Source: Minisyncoccota bacterium
GTDB lineage: Bacteria; Patescibacteriota; Minisyncoccia; Phycocordibacterales; UBA9973
Direction of reading: 5' to 3'
Length of the DNA: 64,000 nt
Assembly: GCA_041665885.1 (NCBI GenBank)
Contig: JBAYHY010000001.1
Location: 5,715 to 69,714 of the forward strand
Position numbers and translations under genes: made by a program. A model generated the notes under the pieces. It saw only the letters and a list, made by a program, of their open reading frames with translations. It had not been told where the DNA came from and did not search any database. Each line of letters starts with the position of its first letter. Position 1 is the first letter of the stretch. Below are positions 62,118 through 64,000 of the stretch, one piece after another.

Positions 62118-64000
62118 TTATCTTTTAGGAGCAACTTCAGCAGGAGTGGGCTCGGGGGTAGAATTAGAATTTTTTAGAGAGTCTACGTATTGAATTAAGT
62201 TCTTGTCGGTCGGCACAAGCGAAAGAGCTTTTTGCGCATAAGTAAGCGCCTCCCCGCTATTCCCTTGTTTTTTTGCTATTTGAGAAAGAATAACCAAAGC
62301 ATCGACATAATCACCCTTCAAAGACAAAGCTGCCAATGCATAATCTTTCGCTTCCTGTGTTTTCCCATCAGAAAATGCGGCGCTTGCTTGAGCAAGTTTG
62401 ATGCCCGGATTTAATGGATTAAGAAGTGACGCTGCCCCATAGGCGACAACGGCATTGCTATAAGCATCCTTGACCCCTAGGGCTCCGACTTCTTCATACA
62501 TTGAACCAAGCAATTGAGAGTTCAAATAATTTAACGGATTATAATTCACCGCCCCCTGCGCCCCGCTGATAACTTGATCAAAACTCGTCTGCAAACTTGC
62601 CTTATCCTCGTCAGAAAGATCTGCCCCCTTGTTCACTACAGATTTCAACTTCAAAAGATATATTTGAGAATATGTACGTAAGTATAAATCATTTTGATAT
62701 AGTCCAAGGGCTTTCCTTATGTTCGTTTCAGCATTGGCTTCTGTCGACGCAGACAGGGCCTTGCCGAAATACGAAACAGAAGCAAATTTTTCTATATATT
62801 TGAATGAAATGGCAATAGAAAAAACAACTAAAAGAATAAGCACCAGGATAGAGAAGAAACTTTTTCGATGATCGTTCAAAAATAGAATCGACACTTCTCG
62901 GCCAGAGCTGGAAGCGATTAATCCGATGAACACTCCGATCAGAGCGAAGGACAATAAAAACATCGTTACTCCGGTAAAATAAAAGAATGAAGAAATCAAA
63001 AGATAAATCGATAAAACAAAGAACACCATCACATCCCAATTTACTCCATTTTTTATATTAGAAAAAATTGATTTTATTCCAATAAACAAAAACAGAATAA
63101 AAAATACTAGCCAGGAAAGAATCCCAAGGCCTCCGGTCGTGGCAAAAAAGGTCGTCAATAATCCTGAACCCGAATTGAATGAAACATCCCAGAATTGGGT
63201 ATCATTAATGGAGAGTGGTTTATACATTGACCATGCTTCACTAAATCTATTTGGACCAATACCCAAGAGAGGATGTTTGACAAGTACTCCCTTCGTAATA
63301 GACATCGTCGCCCCCAAGGATGGACTTATCTCCGTATTTGAAGTGTGCAAAAGACTTGGAACAACGTCACCGAGATATCCCATACCGACTGTCGGAATAG
63401 GGACTAATGGATTTAGGAAAAATAACAGAGCGATAATAACCACCACAAAAGAAATTACCGGGAAATTTTTTCTCTTCTCTCCTCCTTCTTCATTTTTGTG
63501 AACAGTAATTGAAACTTTGTAAACAAAAATAATTAAACTGGAAATTCCAAGAAGAATCCAGACCAAAGGAAAATTCACCGCTGCCGCCAATAATATCGAA
63601 GTTAAAATAAATATTTCTAACAAAATCTTTTCTATTTTAGTAACTGAAAAAACCTCTATCACTAAAAGGAACATCAATCCGGAAAAACCCGCAAAAAGAC
63701 CCAGGGCATTCCAGGACCCGAGGACATTTCCCGTCTTATCAGCCAAAATTCCCAAGGATAAAATCTTGGGCATAAATAGATGAAATCCCTGAAAAATCAA
63801 AACGAGGGCGGAAGACAATATCGTTCCGAATAACACGATTCTTGCTTGTTTGAGAGTTCGAAAAACCACCGCAGACATAAACATCAAGACAAAACCAGAA
63901 AAAATAAACCAAAAACTCCCAATATCAAACATTGTACCAAACAGCGAAACTCCGGGTCTTCCCGAAAAAAGAGCGGACAGCAATAGAACTAAAGACACGC
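62118..64000 (-). CDS. O-antigen ligase-like (Wzy_C) polytopic membrane protein with C-terminal TPR repeats; 5' end probably beyond window
   Basis: At least 626 aa with many TM helices, then TPR-like repeats (ALGLYQNDLY..., AYGAASLL..., YALAALSL..., ALTYAQKAL). The frame is open to the window edge. Confidence 0.55.
   Translation of the reverse strand, partial: VSLVLLLSALFSGRPGVSLFGTMFDIGSFWFIFSGFVLMFMSAVVFRTLKQARIVLFGTILSSALVLIFQGFHLFMPKILSLGILADKTGNVLGSWNALGLFAGFSGLMFLLVIEVFSVTKIEKILLEIFILTSILLAAAVNFPLVWILLGISSLIIFVYKVSITVHKNEEGGEKRKNFPVISFVVVIIALLFFLNPLVPIPTVGMGYLGDVVPSLLHTSNTEISPSLGATMSITKGVLVKHPLLGIGPNRFSEAWSMYKPLSINDTQFWDVSFNSGSGLLTTFFATTGGLGILSWLVFFILFLFIGIKSIFSNIKNGVNWDVMVFFVLSIYLLISSFFYFTGVTMFLLSFALIGVFIGLIASSSGREVSILFLNDHRKSFFSILVLILLVVFSIAISFKYIEKFASVSYFGKALSASTEANAETNIRKALGLYQNDLYLRTYSQIYLLKLKSVVNKGADLSDEDKASLQTSFDQVISGAQGAVNYNPLNYLNSQLLGSMYEEVGALGVKDAYSNAVVAYGAASLLNPLNPGIKLAQASAAFSDGKTQEAKDYALAALSLKGDYVDALVILSQIAKKQGNSGEALTYAQKALSLVPTDKNLIQYVDSLKNSNSTPEPTPAEVAPKR

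Overview
This 64-kb window is AT-rich with small, tightly packed genes. It looks like a reduced-genome bacterium, possibly Patescibacteria/CPR-like, though that is inference only. The core content is: rplY(L25), fba, gatB, idi, obg, a dcw cluster on the minus strand (mraZ-rsmH-ftsL-ftsI-murF), ftsA-ftsZ, rpsU-ybeY, lysS, greA, valS, tsaD, gdhA, lepA, murJ, eight tRNA genes, and a glycerate-to-PEP block (2-hydroxyacid DH, glycerate kinase, eno, ppsA).

Several clearly anomalous, GC-rich and highly structured insertions sit on this background:

- A ~1.3-kb GC-rich island (about 10396-11675) in which back-to-back consensus promoters drive a GC-rich secreted/membrane-anchored protein gene in one direction and two tandem structured-RNA units in the other. 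The RNA units have conserved promoter, closing stem and terminator but unrelated cores.
- A ~515-nt GC-rich, hairpin-dense transcript candidate (16872-17388, minus strand) bounded by a consensus TTGACA-16-TATACT promoter and an intrinsic terminator, next to tRNA-Glu.
- A 70-nt palindromic element present twice, abutting the start codons of obg and dedA.
- 5'-half pseudo-copies of tRNAs directly upstream of three tRNA genes (Val, Gly, Glu).
- A GC-rich in-frame insertion inside tsaD.
- Several GC-elevated small ORFs, each with its own promoter, SD and terminator, two of them next to tRNA 3' ends.

Other notable loci are a 1082-aa collagen-repeat, tail-fibre-like surface protein with a C-terminal intramolecular chaperone domain, and an ApbE / FMN-binding / RnfD-like-FNR flavoprotein module.

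All calls are from reading the sequence and ORF translations by eye. GC values are visual estimates, not computed.
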